The notes beneath the pieces were generated by a model. That model was not told where the DNA came from. It saw only the letters and a list, made by a program, of their open reading frames with translations, and made no database searches. Shown one piece after another: positions 1-11,050 of a stretch of 64,000 nucleotides of DNA. The translations under genes were made by a program, and so were the position numbers. Position 1 is the stretch's first letter, and each line of letters begins with the position of its first letter. Origin of the DNA: Heterodontus francisci (lineage: Eukaryota). The DNA lies in the NCBI RefSeq assembly GCF_036365525.1, contig NC_090372.1, forward strand, positions 90,224,873-90,288,872. The letters run 5' to 3'.

Positions 1-112
1 TAGAGAACCTTTGTCTTCTGATTGTTTAGCTTAAGGCCCATTCTTTCATACACCTCTGTTAATGCATCATCAAGGGTTTGAAGCTTGGCCTCTGAGTGTG
101 TGCATACGCAAG

Positions 113-805
113 TGTCATGCAGGCCCCCACCTGCCAAGAATGAGGCGCACATTATTCCGCCACATGAACATTAAAAGTTCAAATTGCTGCTGGGAAAAAA
201 TAAGGCCTATTTCAAGGGGTTGCCAAGCCCCTGACAGGAAAGACATTTGCAAAGTAACAGACAGTACTTGGAATGGACAAAGGAAACACTCCCTGCTCCA
301 ATTTAATCCACAATGGATTTTGTACCAGATGTTGAAGGTGGAGTGGCTAGCATTCCAGGTTAACTGCTAAGATGGCCGAACATACAAACAGACATGTTCA
401 GACCAGTTTAGTCACATGACTAACTGGCTGTTGTTTTTTTTTAATTTGAACTTGCCACAGTGAATTTGAACTCAGAAAGCTGTTTGCTCCTGGACTGAAA
501 AGGTCTCTCTCCTGTCTGCTCTCATCTCTTTTTCATGGAACTGAAGACCCATTGAAGACCCATGAACCCCAAGAGAGAAAAGGTTCCTTCAGTGAACAAA
601 GTTTAAGAAGAATACTGGACCCCAACAAAAAGCAAGACTACCTACAATCAAAGACTAAAGCGAGTTTGAAGCACAGTAAAAACCCCTCTTCAGAGATTGC
701 CACAAACTTCTCCATTTTATTTTTCTTCAGCTCTTTTCTGTCCCTATTTGCATGTGAGTATCACGTATGCATGCTAGCGTGGGGTGCAGCGTGTATCCAT
801 AGGCA
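113..805 (+). mobile_element. Solo-LTR-like element, family A, 3'-truncated
   Basis: Starts TGTCATGCAGGCCCCCACCTGCCAAGAATGAGG. The same start occurs at 44309 (+) and 22477 (-). Collinear with those copies until about 805. Confidence 0.75.
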
Positions 806-810
806 TTTTT

Positions 811-890
811 CACAGACCTGAAAGTTAACTCTGCTTCTCTCTCCACAGTTGCTGCCTGACCTGATGGGTTTCCCCAGTACTTTCTGCTTT
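811..890 (+). mobile_element. Penelope-type pseudo-LTR tail fragment
   Basis: GACCTGAAAGTTAACTCTGCTTCTCTCTCCACAG..GCTGCCTGACCTG matches the reverse complement of 52865-52950 and 57251-57335. The CTGATGA half of the ribozyme core is missing. Confidence 0.65.
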
Positions 891-1168
891 GCTGCCACAT
901 ACTTTCCTTGCTGTGTCCCAGTGTCCTGTGAAGTTACGATTCTCTTCTTCCACTCAAGTGTAACATTCCTCCTTGTAGTTGTGCCGCACCTGGGTGAATA
1001 ATTTTAATTTTGCACATTCCAGACATAAGACTTAAATGTACCATAAAAGGCAAATACACAACAAAAATAAAACCATAGAACATCGAACATAGAACAGTAC
1101 ATCACAGTACAGGCCCTTCGGCCCACGATGTTGTGCCGAACATTTAACCTACTCTAAGATCAAACTAA

Positions 1169-4051
1169 CTACCTACCCTTCATTCTACTATCATCCATGT
1201 ACCGATCCAAGAGTCGCTTAAATGTCCCTAATGTATCTGCTTCTACTACCACCGCTGGCAGCGCATTCCACGCACCCACCACTCTCTGTGTAAAGAACCT
1301 ACCTCTGGCATCTCCCCGAAACCTTCCTCCAATCACCTTAAAATTATGCCCCCTGGTGATAGCCCTTTCCACCCTGGGAAAAAGTCTCTGACTATCCACT
1401 CTATCTATGCCTCTCATCATCTTGTACCCCTCTATCAAGTCACCTCTCATCCTTCTACGCTCCAATGAGAAAAGCCCTAGCTCCCTCAATCTTTCTTCGT
1501 AGGACATGCCCTCCAGTCCAGGCAGCATCCTGGTAAATCTCCTCTGCACCCTCTCTAAAGCTTCCACATCCTTCCTATAATGAGGCGACCAGAACTGAAC
1601 ACAATATTCCAAGTGTGGTCGAACCAGGGCCTTATAGAGCTGCAGCATAACCTCGCGGCTCTTAAACTCAATCCCCCTTTTAATGAAAGCCAACACACCA
1701 TACGCCTTCTTAACAACCCTATCAACTTGGGTGGCAACTTTGAGCGATCTATGGACATGGACCCCAAGATCCCTCTGTTCCTCCACACTACCAAGAATCC
1801 TGTCTTTAAGCCTGTATTCCGCATTCAAATTCGACCTTCCAAAATGAATCACTTCACACTTTTCCAGGTTGAACTCCATCTGCCACTTCTCAGCCCAGCT
1901 CTGCATCCTGTCAATGTCCCGTTGCAACCTACAACAGCCTTCCACACTATCCACAACTCCAGCAACCTTCGTGTCATCAGCAAACTTGCTAACCCAGCCT
2001 TCCACATCCTCATCCAAGTCATTTATAAAAATCACAAAGAGCAGAGGTCCCAGAACAGATCCTTGTGGAACACCACTGGTCACCGAGCTCCATGCTGAAT
2101 ACTTTCCATCTACTACCACCCTCTGACTTCTTTGGGCCAGCCAATTTTGTATCCAGAAAGCCAGCTTTCCCTGAATCCCATGCCTCCTTACTTTCTGAAT
2201 GAGCCTACCATGGGGAACCTTATCAAATGCCTTGCTAAAATCCATATACACCACATCCACTGCTCTTCCTTCATCAATGTGTTTTGTCACATCTTCAAAG
2301 AATTCAATAAGGCTTGTGAGGCATGACCTGCCCCTCACAAAGCCATGCTGACTGTCTCTAATCAAACCATGCCTTTCCAAATAATCATAAATCCTGTCTC
2401 TCAGAATCCTCTCCAATAATTTGCCCACTACCGACGTAAGACTGACTGGTCTATAATTCCCAGGGTTATCCCTATTCCCTTTCTTGAACAAGGGAACAAC
2501 ATTTGCCATCCTCCAATCATCCGGTACTACTCCAGTGGACAGTGAAGACGCAAAGATCATCGCCAAAGGCGCAGCAATCTCTTCCCTCGCTTCCCGTAAT
2601 ATCCTTGGGTATATCCCGTCTGGCCCTGGGGACTTATCTGTCCTCATATCATTCAAAATTTCCAGCACATCCTCCCTCTTAACCTCAACCTGTTCGAGCA
2701 TATCAGCCTGTTCCACGCTGTCCTCACAAACGACCAGGTCCCTCTCACTAGTGAATACTGAAGCAAAGTATTCATTTAGGACCTCCCCTACCTCCTCCGA
2801 CTCCAGGCACAAGTTCCCTCCACTATCCCTGATCGGCCCTACCCTCACTCTGGCCATCCTCTTGTTCCTCACATAAGTGGAGAATGCCTTGGGATTTTCC
2901 TTAATCCTACCCGCCAAGACTTTTTCATGTCCCCTTCTAGCTCTCCTAAGTCCATTCTTCAGTTCCTTCCTGGCTACCTTGTAACCCTCTAGAGTCCTGT
3001 ATGATCCTTGCTTCCTTAACCTTAAGTAAGCTTCCTTCTTCCTCTTGACTAGCTGTTCCACATCTCTTGTCATCCAAGGTTCCTTCACCCTACCATCCCT
3101 TCCCTGCCTCATCAGGTCAAACTTATCCAGCAGTCGCAGCAAGTGCTCCCTAAACAACCTCCACATTTCTGTCGTGCATTTCCCTGAGAACATCTGTTCC
3201 CAATTTATGCTCCCCAGTTCCTGCCTAATAGCATTGTAATTCCCCCTCCCCCAATTAAATATTTTCCCATCCCGTCTGCTCTTGTCCCTCTCCATGACTA
3301 TAGTAAAGGTCAGGGAGTTGTGATCACTATCACCGAAATGCTCTCCCACTGAGAGATCTGCCACCTGGCCTGGTTCGTTGCCAAGCACCAAGTCCAACAT
3401 AGTCTCCCCTCTAGTCGGCCTATCTACATATTGAGTCAGGAAACCTTCCTGGACACACCTGACAAAAACTGCTCCATCCAAACTATTTGCACTAAGGAGG
3501 TTCCAATCAATATTAGGGAAGTTGAAGTCACCCATGACAACAACCCTGTTACCTCTGCACCTTTCCAAAATCTGCCTCCCAATCTGCTCCTCCATGTCTC
3601 TGTTGCTATTGGGGGGTCTATAGAAAACTCCCAACAAAGTGACTGCTCCTTTTCTGTTTCTGACTTCCACCCATAATGACTCAGTAGACAAACCCTCCTC
3701 GATGACCTCCCTTTCTGCAGCTGTGATACTATCCCTGATTAAGAGTGCCACTCCCCCCCCCCCACCACTTTTACCCCCCTCCCTATTCCTTTTGAAACAT
3801 CTAAACCCCGGAACATCCAACATCCATTCATGCCCCTGTGATATCCACGTCTCCGTAATGGCCACAACATCGTAGCTCCAAGTACTGATCCATGCTCTAA
3901 GTTCATCACCCTTATTCCTGACACTTCTTGCGTTAAAATAGACACACTTCAACCCATCATACTGGCTGCAACTTTGCCCTGTCAACTGTCCAACCTTCCT
4001 CACAGACTCTCTGCACTCTGTATCTGCCTGTTCAACAGCTACCCCATCCAC
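1169..4051 (-). CDS. CR1 ORF2: APE endonuclease plus reverse transcriptase (960 aa, uninterrupted)
   Basis: EN motifs YFNARS, AITETW, GDFNFP, LDLVL, SDHN. RT motifs PGPDG, NYRPVSLTS, QHGF, YMDFSKAFD, GVPQGSVLGP, FADD. CR1-type C-terminus RPHLEYCVQFWSP. Start codon is GTG, and the frame stays open upstream to 4111. Confidence 0.95.
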   Translation of the reverse strand: MDGVAVEQADTECRESVRKVGQLTGQSCSQYDGLKCVYFNARSVRNKGDELRAWISTWSYDVVAITETWISQGHEWMLDVPGFRCFKRNREGGKSGGGGGVALLIRDSITAAEREVIEEGLSTESLWVEVRNRKGAVTLLGVFYRPPNSNRDMEEQIGRQILERCRGNRVVVMGDFNFPNIDWNLLSANSLDGAVFVRCVQEGFLTQYVDRPTRGETMLDLVLGNEPGQVADLSVGEHFGDSDHNSLTFTIVMERDKSRRDGKIFNWGRGNYNAIRQELGSINWEQMFSGKCTTEMWRLFREHLLRLLDKFDLMRQGRDGRVKEPWMTRDVEQLVKRKKEAYLRLRKQGSYRTLEGYKVARKELKNGLRRARRGHEKVLAGRIKENPKAFSTYVRNKRMARVRVGPIRDSGGNLCLESEEVGEVLNEYFASVFTSERDLVVCEDSVEQADMLEQVEVKREDVLEILNDMRTDKSPGPDGIYPRILREAREEIAAPLAMIFASSLSTGVVPDDWRMANVVPLFKKGNRDNPGNYRPVSLTSVVGKLLERILRDRIYDYLERHGLIRDSQHGFVRGRSCLTSLIEFFEDVTKHIDEGRAVDVVYMDFSKAFDKVPHGRLIQKVRRHGIQGKLAFWIQNWLAQRSQRVVVDGKYSAWSSVTSGVPQGSVLGPLLFVIFINDLDEDVEGWVSKFADDTKVAGVVDSVEGCCRLQRDIDRMQSWAEKWQMEFNLEKCEVIHFGRSNLNAEYRLKDRILGSVEEQRDLGVHVHRSLKVATQVDRVVKKAYGVLAFIKRGIEFKSREVMLQLYKALVRPHLEYCVQFWSPHYRKDVEALERVQRRFTRMLPGLEGMSYEERLRELGLFSLERRRMRGDLIEGYKMMRGIDRVDSQRLFPRVERAITRGHNFKVIGGRFRGDARGRFFTQRVVGAWNALPAVVVEADTLGTFKRLLDRYMDDSRMKGR

Positions 4052-4086
4052 TGATCCGTGGCTCCGGTTCCCATCCCCCTGCCAAA

Positions 4087-4215
4087 CTAGTTTAAACCCT
4101 CCCGAAGAGCTCTAGCAAACCTCCCGCCCAGGATATTGGTGCCCCTTCAGTTCAGATGCAACCCGTCCTTGTTGTACAGGTCCCACCTTCCCCAGAAGGT
4201 ATCCCAATGATCCAC
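4087..4215 (-). pseudogene. 3' remnant of CR1 ORF1 (SGNH esterase-like C-terminus)
   Basis: Hand translation WDLYNKDGLHLN*RGTNILGGRFARALREGLN*. The DGLH (DxxH) motif is typical of CR1 ORF1 esterase domains. One in-frame TGA at 4147-4149. Confidence 0.75.
4090..4099 (-). promoter_or_regulatory. Candidate -1 programmed ribosomal frameshift site (G GGT TTA AAC)
   Basis: Two overlapping X_XXY_YYZ heptamers in the ORF1 register, just before the ORF1 TAG. The -1 frame is ORF2. Same motif at 5312-5321 (+) and 40356-40365 (-). Confidence 0.55.
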
Positions 4216-4616
4216 ATAATTGAAGAATATCTGCATACTATGGGCTTCTAATTATCTGACTGTGAAAAGATGCAAACTATTATGCATTTGGAATCTGTAT
4301 TCATTTCTCTGCTAACTGTTATGTGAAAAGACATGTAACTGCAATTTAATGATCTTTGTGAAAAATAGGAAAATATTGGCTGTATTGCCAACTAGAAATA
4401 TTACACCAATAATTATGATGAGCTGCTGCAGAAGCAAAGACGTGTCATGGTGTAATAGTTGAAAAACCATGACAACAGCACAGATTTCCTCACTATTCCT
4501 GCATTCGTTTCCAAACATGTGCAAGGCAAACCTGGCAGCCAGAAGTTAGAGCAGTTACACGTTGGAGTCACCTTTGCATTTAAAGGACCACGCCAAAAAC
4601 CAAGGATGGCAGAGGG

Positions 4617-4750
4617 GTGGCCCCACAGTTCTGCAAAGCCTTCCTGATCACTCTCCTCCAGGCTATGAGGGCAAGGCGGGAGGTTCTTTTCCCCAGCGAT
4701 GGTAAGAAGTGGCCCTCCCGCCTGACCAAGGCAGTCTGGCTGGAGGGGGA
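4617..4750 (+). pseudogene. Harbinger Myb/SANT-like DNA-binding protein, N-terminal remnant
   Basis: APQFCKAFLITLLQAMRARREVLFPSDGKKWPSRLTKAVWLE, homologous to 62741-62965. Confidence 0.7.
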
Positions 4751-6437
4751 TGAACAATCAGTCTCCCAGTTAGCCAGGGCCTTCAAGGCCTTGTGCACAG
4801 CCAAAGTCATCCACACTGAAAGGGCAATCATATCCTGCAGTCAGGATGCTAACGCAGAGGTGGCACCGCGTAGGAACATCCGCAAGCATTTCCAAAAAGC
4901 ACCATGACACAAATGGGTCTGCATGGGTGACACAACAATGTAGAAAGGCCGAAATCAAAATCGTCTTCACTAACATGTGTGTTGCTTTTACTGTGTGAAT
5001 GAAGTGTGCCAGCATGTACCGATCATGGCTCCTCCCATTGCATCATTGGCCTTTCAGAACTGACATTGAATGGAATAACATCATTGTTATGCCAGTATCA
5101 CTCATGTGCGTCTCCACGGATGAAGTAACATGGACAATGGCTCAGTCTGCTGCTGCCAGTAATGGTGGATGCAAAGATGTTGCCGATGCAGACTGCTGCA
5201 CAACAGGTGAATGAGGGTGCTGTGTGGCTTGACGAGCCCACAGTGATTCCTATGGAACTGGTTCCTATGGACCGATATCCTAGGGGGAGTATTTGCTAGA
5301 GTGGTTGGGGAGGGTTTAAACTAAAATGGCAGGGGGATGGGAACCTTTGCAAGGAGTCAGAGGAGGGGGGATCAAAGACAAGAATAAAAGACAGTAAGGG
5401 GAACAAGAAAAGTGATAGGAAGAGAAATCAAGGGCCAGAATCAAACAGGGCCACAGTGAAAAATAGTGGGAAGGGGACAAGTAATGTCAAAAAGACAAGC
5501 CTTAAGGCTTTGTGCCTTAATGCGTGGAGCATTCGCAATAAAGTGGATGAATTAATCGCGCAAATAGATGTAAACAGGTATGATCTCGTCGGGATTACGG
5601 AGACATGGCTGCAAGGTGACCAGGGATGGGAAATGAACATCCAGGGGTATTCAGTATTTAGGAAGGACAGACAAAAAGCAAAAGGTGGTGGAGTTGCATT
5701 GCTGATTAAAAAGGAAATTACCACACTAGTGAGGAAGGATATTAGCTCTGATGATGTGGAATCTGTATGGGTAGAGCTGAGAAACATTAAGGGGCAAAAA
5801 ATGTTAGTGGGGGTTGTATATAGACCCCCAAACTGTAGTGGCGATGTTGGGAATAGCATTAAACAGGAAATTAGAGGCGCATGCGATAAAGGAACATCTG
5901 TAATTATGGGTGACTTTAATCTGCATATAGATTGGGCAAATCAAATTAGTCACAATACCGTAGAGGAGGAATTCTTGGAGTGTATACGCGATGGTTTTCT
6001 GGACCAATACTTGAGGAACCAACTAGAGAACAGGCCATCCTAGACTGGGTATTGTGTAATGAGAGAGAAATAATTGACAATTTAGTGGTGCGAGACCCCT
6101 TAGGGATGAGCGACCATAATATGATAGAATTCTTCATCAAGATGGAGAGTGACGTAGCTGATTCTGAGACTAGGGTCCTGAATCTTCGTAAAGGAAACTA
6201 CGAGGGTATGAGGTGCGAGTTGGCTATGACAGATTGGGAAACATTACTTAAAGGGATGATGGTGGATAGGCAATGGCAAACATTTAAAGAGCGCATGGAT
6301 GAATTGCAACAATTGTTTATCCCTGTCTGATGCTAAAGTAAAACGGGAAAGCTGGCCAAACCATGGCTTACAAGGGAAATTAGAGATAGCATTAGATCCA
6401 AGGAAGAGGCATATAAATTTGCCAGAAAAAACAACAA

Positions 6438-7784
6438 CAGTGATTGGGAAACTATTGGAAAAAATTCTGAAGGACAGGATTAATCTCCACTCGGAGAGGC
6501 AGGAAATAATCAGGGATAGTCAGCACGGCTTTGTCGGGGGAGATCATGTCTAACTAACTTGATTGAATTTTTCGAGGAGGTGACTAGATGTGTAGATGAG
6601 GGTAAAGCAGTTGATGTAGTCTACATGGACTTCAGTAAGGCTTTTGATAAGGTCCCACATGGGAGATTGGTTAAGAAGGTAAGAGCCAATGAGATCCAGG
6701 GCAATTTGGCAAATTGGATCCAAAATTGATTTGGTGGCAGGAAACAGAAGGTGATGGTCGAGGATTGTTTTGGTGAGTGGAAGCCTGTGACCAGTGGTGT
6801 ACCGCAGGGATCTTTGCTGGGACCCTTGCTATTTGTAGTGTACATTAATGATTTAGACATGAATATAGGAGGTATGATAAGTAAATTCGCAGATGACACG
6901 AAAATTGGTGGTGTCGTAAATAGTGAGGAGGAAAGCCTCAGATTACAGGACGATATAGTTGGGCTGGTAAGATGGGCGGAGCTGTGGCAAATGGAATTTA
7001 ATCCTGAGAAGTGTGAGGTGATGCATTTTGGGAAGACTAACAAGGCAAGGAATATACAATGGATGGTAGGACCGTAGGAAGTACTGAAGGTCAGAGGGAC
7101 CTTGGTGTACTTGTCCATAGATCACTGAAGGCAGCAGCACAGGTAGATAAGGTGGTTAGGAAGGCATATGGGATACTTGCCTTTATTAGCCGAGGCACAG
7201 AATATAAGAGCAGGGAGGTTATGATGGAGCTGTATAAAATGCTAGTTAGACCACAGCTGGAGTACTGTGTACAGTATTGGGCACCACACTATAGGAAGAA
7301 TATGATTGCACTGGAGAGGGTGCAGAGGAAATTCGCCAGGACATTGCCTGGGCTGGAGCATTTCATCTATGAAGAGAGAGTGGAAGGGCTAGGGTTGTTT
7401 TCCTTCGAGCAGAGAAGGCTGAGGGGGGAACTGATTGAGGTATACAAAATTATGAGGGGCATTGATAGGTTAGATAGGAAGAGGGGTCAAAAACCAGGGG
7501 GCATAGATTTAAGGTAAGGGACAGGAAGTTGAGAGGGGATTTGAGGAAAACTTTTTTCACCCAGAGGGTGGTTGGAATCTGGAACACACTGCCTGAAATG
7601 GTGGCAGAGGCAGGAACCCTCACAACATTTAAGAAATATTTAGATGAGCACTTGAAACGCCCTGGCATATGGCCAAGTGATGGAAAATGGGACTAGAATA
7701 GTCAGGTGCTTGATGGCCGGCGCAGACACGATGGACTGAAGGGCCTGTTTCTGTGCTGTATAACGCTTGGCTCTATGACTCTAT
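6438..7784 (+). mobile_element. Nested 5'-truncated CR1 LINE (third subfamily)
   Basis: RT pieces 6751-7077 (GVPQGS, FADD) and 7059-7517, own 3' UTR and CTCTATGACTCTAT tail. The host frame (ARKNN|RPEDWEQ) resumes at about 7785. AACAG at both junctions. Confidence 0.85.
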
Positions 7785-8656
7785 AACAGACCTGAGGATT
7801 GGGAACAGTTTAGAATTCAGCAAAGGAGGACCAAGGGATTGATTAAGAAGGGGAAAATAGAGTACTTGCGGGGAACATAAAAACTGACTTTAAAAGTTTC
7901 TATAGGTATGTGAACAGAAAAAGATTGGTGAAGACAAATGTAAGTCCCTTACAGTCAGAAACAGGGGAATTTATTATGGGGAACAAAGAAATGGCTGACC
8001 AACTAAATGCATACTTTGGTTCTGTCTTCACAAAGGAGGACACAAATATCATACCACAAATGTTGGAGAACACAGGGCTTAGTGAGAGAGAGGAACTGAA
8101 GGAAATCAGTATTAGTAGAGAAATGATGTTGGGGAAATTGATGGGATTGAAGGCCAATAAATCCCCAAGGCCTGATGGTATGCATTCCAGAGTATTTAAA
8201 GAAGTGGCCCCAGAAATAGTGGATGCATTGGTGGTCATCTTCCAAGATTCCATAGAATCTTGAAACAATTCCTACAGATTGGAGGGTGGCTAATGTAACC
8301 CCACTCTTTAAAAAGGGAGGTAGAGAGAAAGCAGGGAATTATAGACCAGTCAGCCTGACGTTGGTAGTGGGGAAAATTCCATTATCAAAGATTTTATAGC
8401 AGAGCACTTGGAGAACAGTGATAGAATCAGGCAGAGTCAGCATGAATTTATGAAAGGGAAAGCATGCTTGACTAATCTACTAGAATTCTTCGAGGATGTA
8501 ACTAGTAGAGTTGATGAGGGGGAGCCAGTGGATGTGGTTTATTTGGACTTTCAGAAGGCTTTTGACAAAGTCCCACATAAGAGATCAGCATGTAAAATTA
8601 AAGCACATGGGATTGGGGGTAGTGTATTGCGATGGATAGAAAATTGGTTGGCAGAT

Positions 8657-9003
8657 GTGGCGCAGTGGTTAGCACCGCAGCCTCACAGCTCCAGTGACCC
8701 AGGTTCAATTCTAGGTACTGCCTGTGTGGAGTTTGCAAGTTTTCCCTGTGTCTGCTTGGGTTTCCTCCGGGTGCTCCGGTTTCCTCCCACAGCCAAAAGA
8801 CTTGTAGGTTGATAGGTAAATTGGCCATTATAAATTGCCCCTAGTATAGGTAGGTGGTAGGGGAATATAGGGACAGGTGAGGATGTGGTAGGAATATGGG
8901 ATTAGTGTAGGATTAGTATAAATGGGTGGTTAATGATCGGCACAGACTCGGTGGGCCGAAGGGCCTGTTTCAGTGCTGTATCTCTAAAGATAAAGATAAG
9001 GAT
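8657..9003 (+). mobile_element. HE1-type tRNA-derived SINE with CR1-like 3' tail
   Basis: A box TGGCGCAGTGG, B box GGTTCAATTCT, tail GGGCCGAAGGGCCTGTTTCAGTGCTGTATCTCTA(AAGATA)n. Splits the host RT at WLAD|GKQRV. Confidence 0.9.
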
Positions 9004-10067
9004 GGGAAACAAAGAGTAGGGAAAAATGGGTCTTTTTCTGAATGGCAGGCAATGACTAGTGGGGAACCGCAGGGATCGGTGCTAGGACCCCAGCTATTCA
9101 CAATATATATTAATGATTTAGATGAGGGAACTAAATGTAATATCTCCAAATTTGCAGATGACACAAAACTGGATGGGAGGGTGAGTTGTGAGGAGGATGC
9201 AGAGAGGCTTCAGGGTGATTTGGACAAGTTGTGTGAGTGGGCTAATGCATGGCAGATGCAGTATAATGTGGATAAATGTGAGGTTATCCACTTTGGTAGC
9301 AAAAACAGGAAGGCAGATTATTATCTGAATGGTTATAAACAAAGAGAGGGGAATATGCAACGAGACCTGGGTGTTCTCGTATACCAGTCGCTGAAGGTAA
9401 GCATGTGCTAAAAAAGGCAAATGGTATGTCGGCCTTCATAGCGAGAGGATTCGAGTACAGAAGCAGGGATGTCTTGCTGCAATTATACAGGGCGTTGGTG
9501 AGGCCACACCTGGAATATTGTGTGCAGTTTTGGTCTCCTTATCTGAGGAAGGATGTCCTTGCTATAGAGGGAGTGCAGCGAAGGTTTACCAGACTGACTC
9601 CTGGGATGGCAGGACTGACGTATGAGGAGAGATTGAGTCAGTTAGGATTATATTCGCTGGAGTTCAGAAGAGTGAGGGGGAGATCTCATAGAAACGTATA
9701 AAATTCTAACAGGACTTGACAGGGTAGATGCAGGAAGGATGTTGTCAATGGTGGGGGAGTCCCAGAACCAGGGGTCATAGTCTAAGGGTACGGGGTAAAC
9801 CTTTCAGGACTGAGATGAGGAGAAATTTCCTTACCCAGAGAATGGTGAACCTGTGGAATTCGCTACCACAGAAAGCAGTTGAGGCCAAAATATTGTATGT
9901 TTTCAAGAAGGAGTTAGATATAGCTCTTGGGTCCAAAGGGATCAAAGGGTATGGGGAGAAAGTGAGAACAGGTTACTGAGTTGGATGATCAGCCATGATC
10001 ATAATGAATGGCGGAGCAGACTCGAAGGGTCGAATGGCCTACTCCTGTTCCTATTTTGTATGTTTCT

Positions 10068-11050
10068 ATGGCGTGGAGAACCTATCATTACTGAGTCGCT
10101 GCCGTGCATCCCTAGCTCGCTGCTCGCCCTGCATGCGGTGCCTGGTTGTCCCCTCTCCTCCCATTTGCCTTTCCTGCTGTAAGTCCTCAGCATCCTCATA
10201 GTCCGAGGATGAGTCCTACTCATGTCTCTCCACATCCTGCAAGGCCTCCCCCCTATTGAGTGTGTCATTGTGCAGAGCACAGCAGATGGCAACGATGTGA
10301 GCTACCCTTTCCGGTTCGTACTGCAGGGCACCCGATCTATCCAGGCAGCGGAATCGCATTTTCAGCATGCCCATCACCTGCTCAATGGTGGCTCTTGTAG
10401 CTCTGTGACTGGCGTTGTATCTCTCTTCTGCAGCATTGTTGTGGAGTCTCACTGGTGTCAGGAGTCATGTCGGAAAAGGGTAGCCCTTATCTCCAAGAAG
10501 CCACCCCTCCATCTGAACCAGTTCAGTGAACAGCAACGGCAACCGGCACTGGCGCAGAATGAAGGCATCACGGCAGCTGCCTGGAAAGCGGACACAGATT
10601 TGCATGATATGTTTCCGGTGATCACATACGAGCTGCACATTGATTGAGTGGAAGCCCTTATGGTTTATGTATTCAGCTGGTCACCCAGCGGGAGCCTTGA
10701 TGGCCACATGGGTGCAATCTATGACGCCATGCACCTATGGGAATCCCAATAAGGAGTCGAAATCAGTGACCCTCTGGGCTTGGCTTTCAGGCTCCGTCGT
10801 GAAGCAGACATAGTCACCAGTCCTCTGGAAGAGGGCATCGGTGACCTGTCTGATGCAGTGGTGCACTGCTGACTGTGTGATCCCACAACAGTCTCCAGTG
10901 GGCCCCTGAAATAATGCAGAGGCGTAGGTCATCATTCACAGAGATGTGTCACTGCCTCTCTCGACATCCGCAGTTGCTCTGACACTGCTGCTCTGACATC
11001 TGCAGGTATGTCATGCGGGACCTGTAGATGCGCGATGATCTGTCGTGGCG
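10068..11050 (-). pseudogene. HARBI1-like Harbinger DDE transposase, frameshifted
   Basis: ITQSAVHHCIRQVTDALF, VIDCTHV, KGFHSINVQLVCDH, TRATIEQVMGMLKMRFRCLD, CCALHN. Confidence 0.85.

Larger units (their letters stand above)
1074..4222 (-). mobile_element. CR1-clade LINE, young, 5'-truncated within ORF1
   Basis: Intact ORF2, 3' end of ORF1, 3' UTR with GGGCCGAAGGGCCTGT, and a (TTCTATG)n-like tail at about 1074-1095. Confidence 0.95.
5265..10070 (+). mobile_element. CR1 LINE (second subfamily): end of ORF1 plus disrupted ORF2
   Basis: ORF pieces 5456-6330 (EN), 7910-8263, 8408-8655, 9004-9411 (FADD) and 9405-9979. Tail TTTGTATGTTTCTATG at about 10055-10070. Hosts a nested CR1 and a SINE. Confidence 0.9.

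Noticed and set aside
1197-3945. Many 60-170-aa ORFs antisense to or overlapping CR1 ORF2
   Set aside because: Shadow ORFs of the intact RT frame with no independent motifs.
5254-5265. Near-palindrome GGAACTGGTTCC resembling 52959-52970
   Set aside because: An 11-bp match at unrelated junctions, compatible with chance.
10068-11050. Host HARBI1 gene
   Set aside because: Fragmented, several divergent copies in the window, and adjacent to a TIR.
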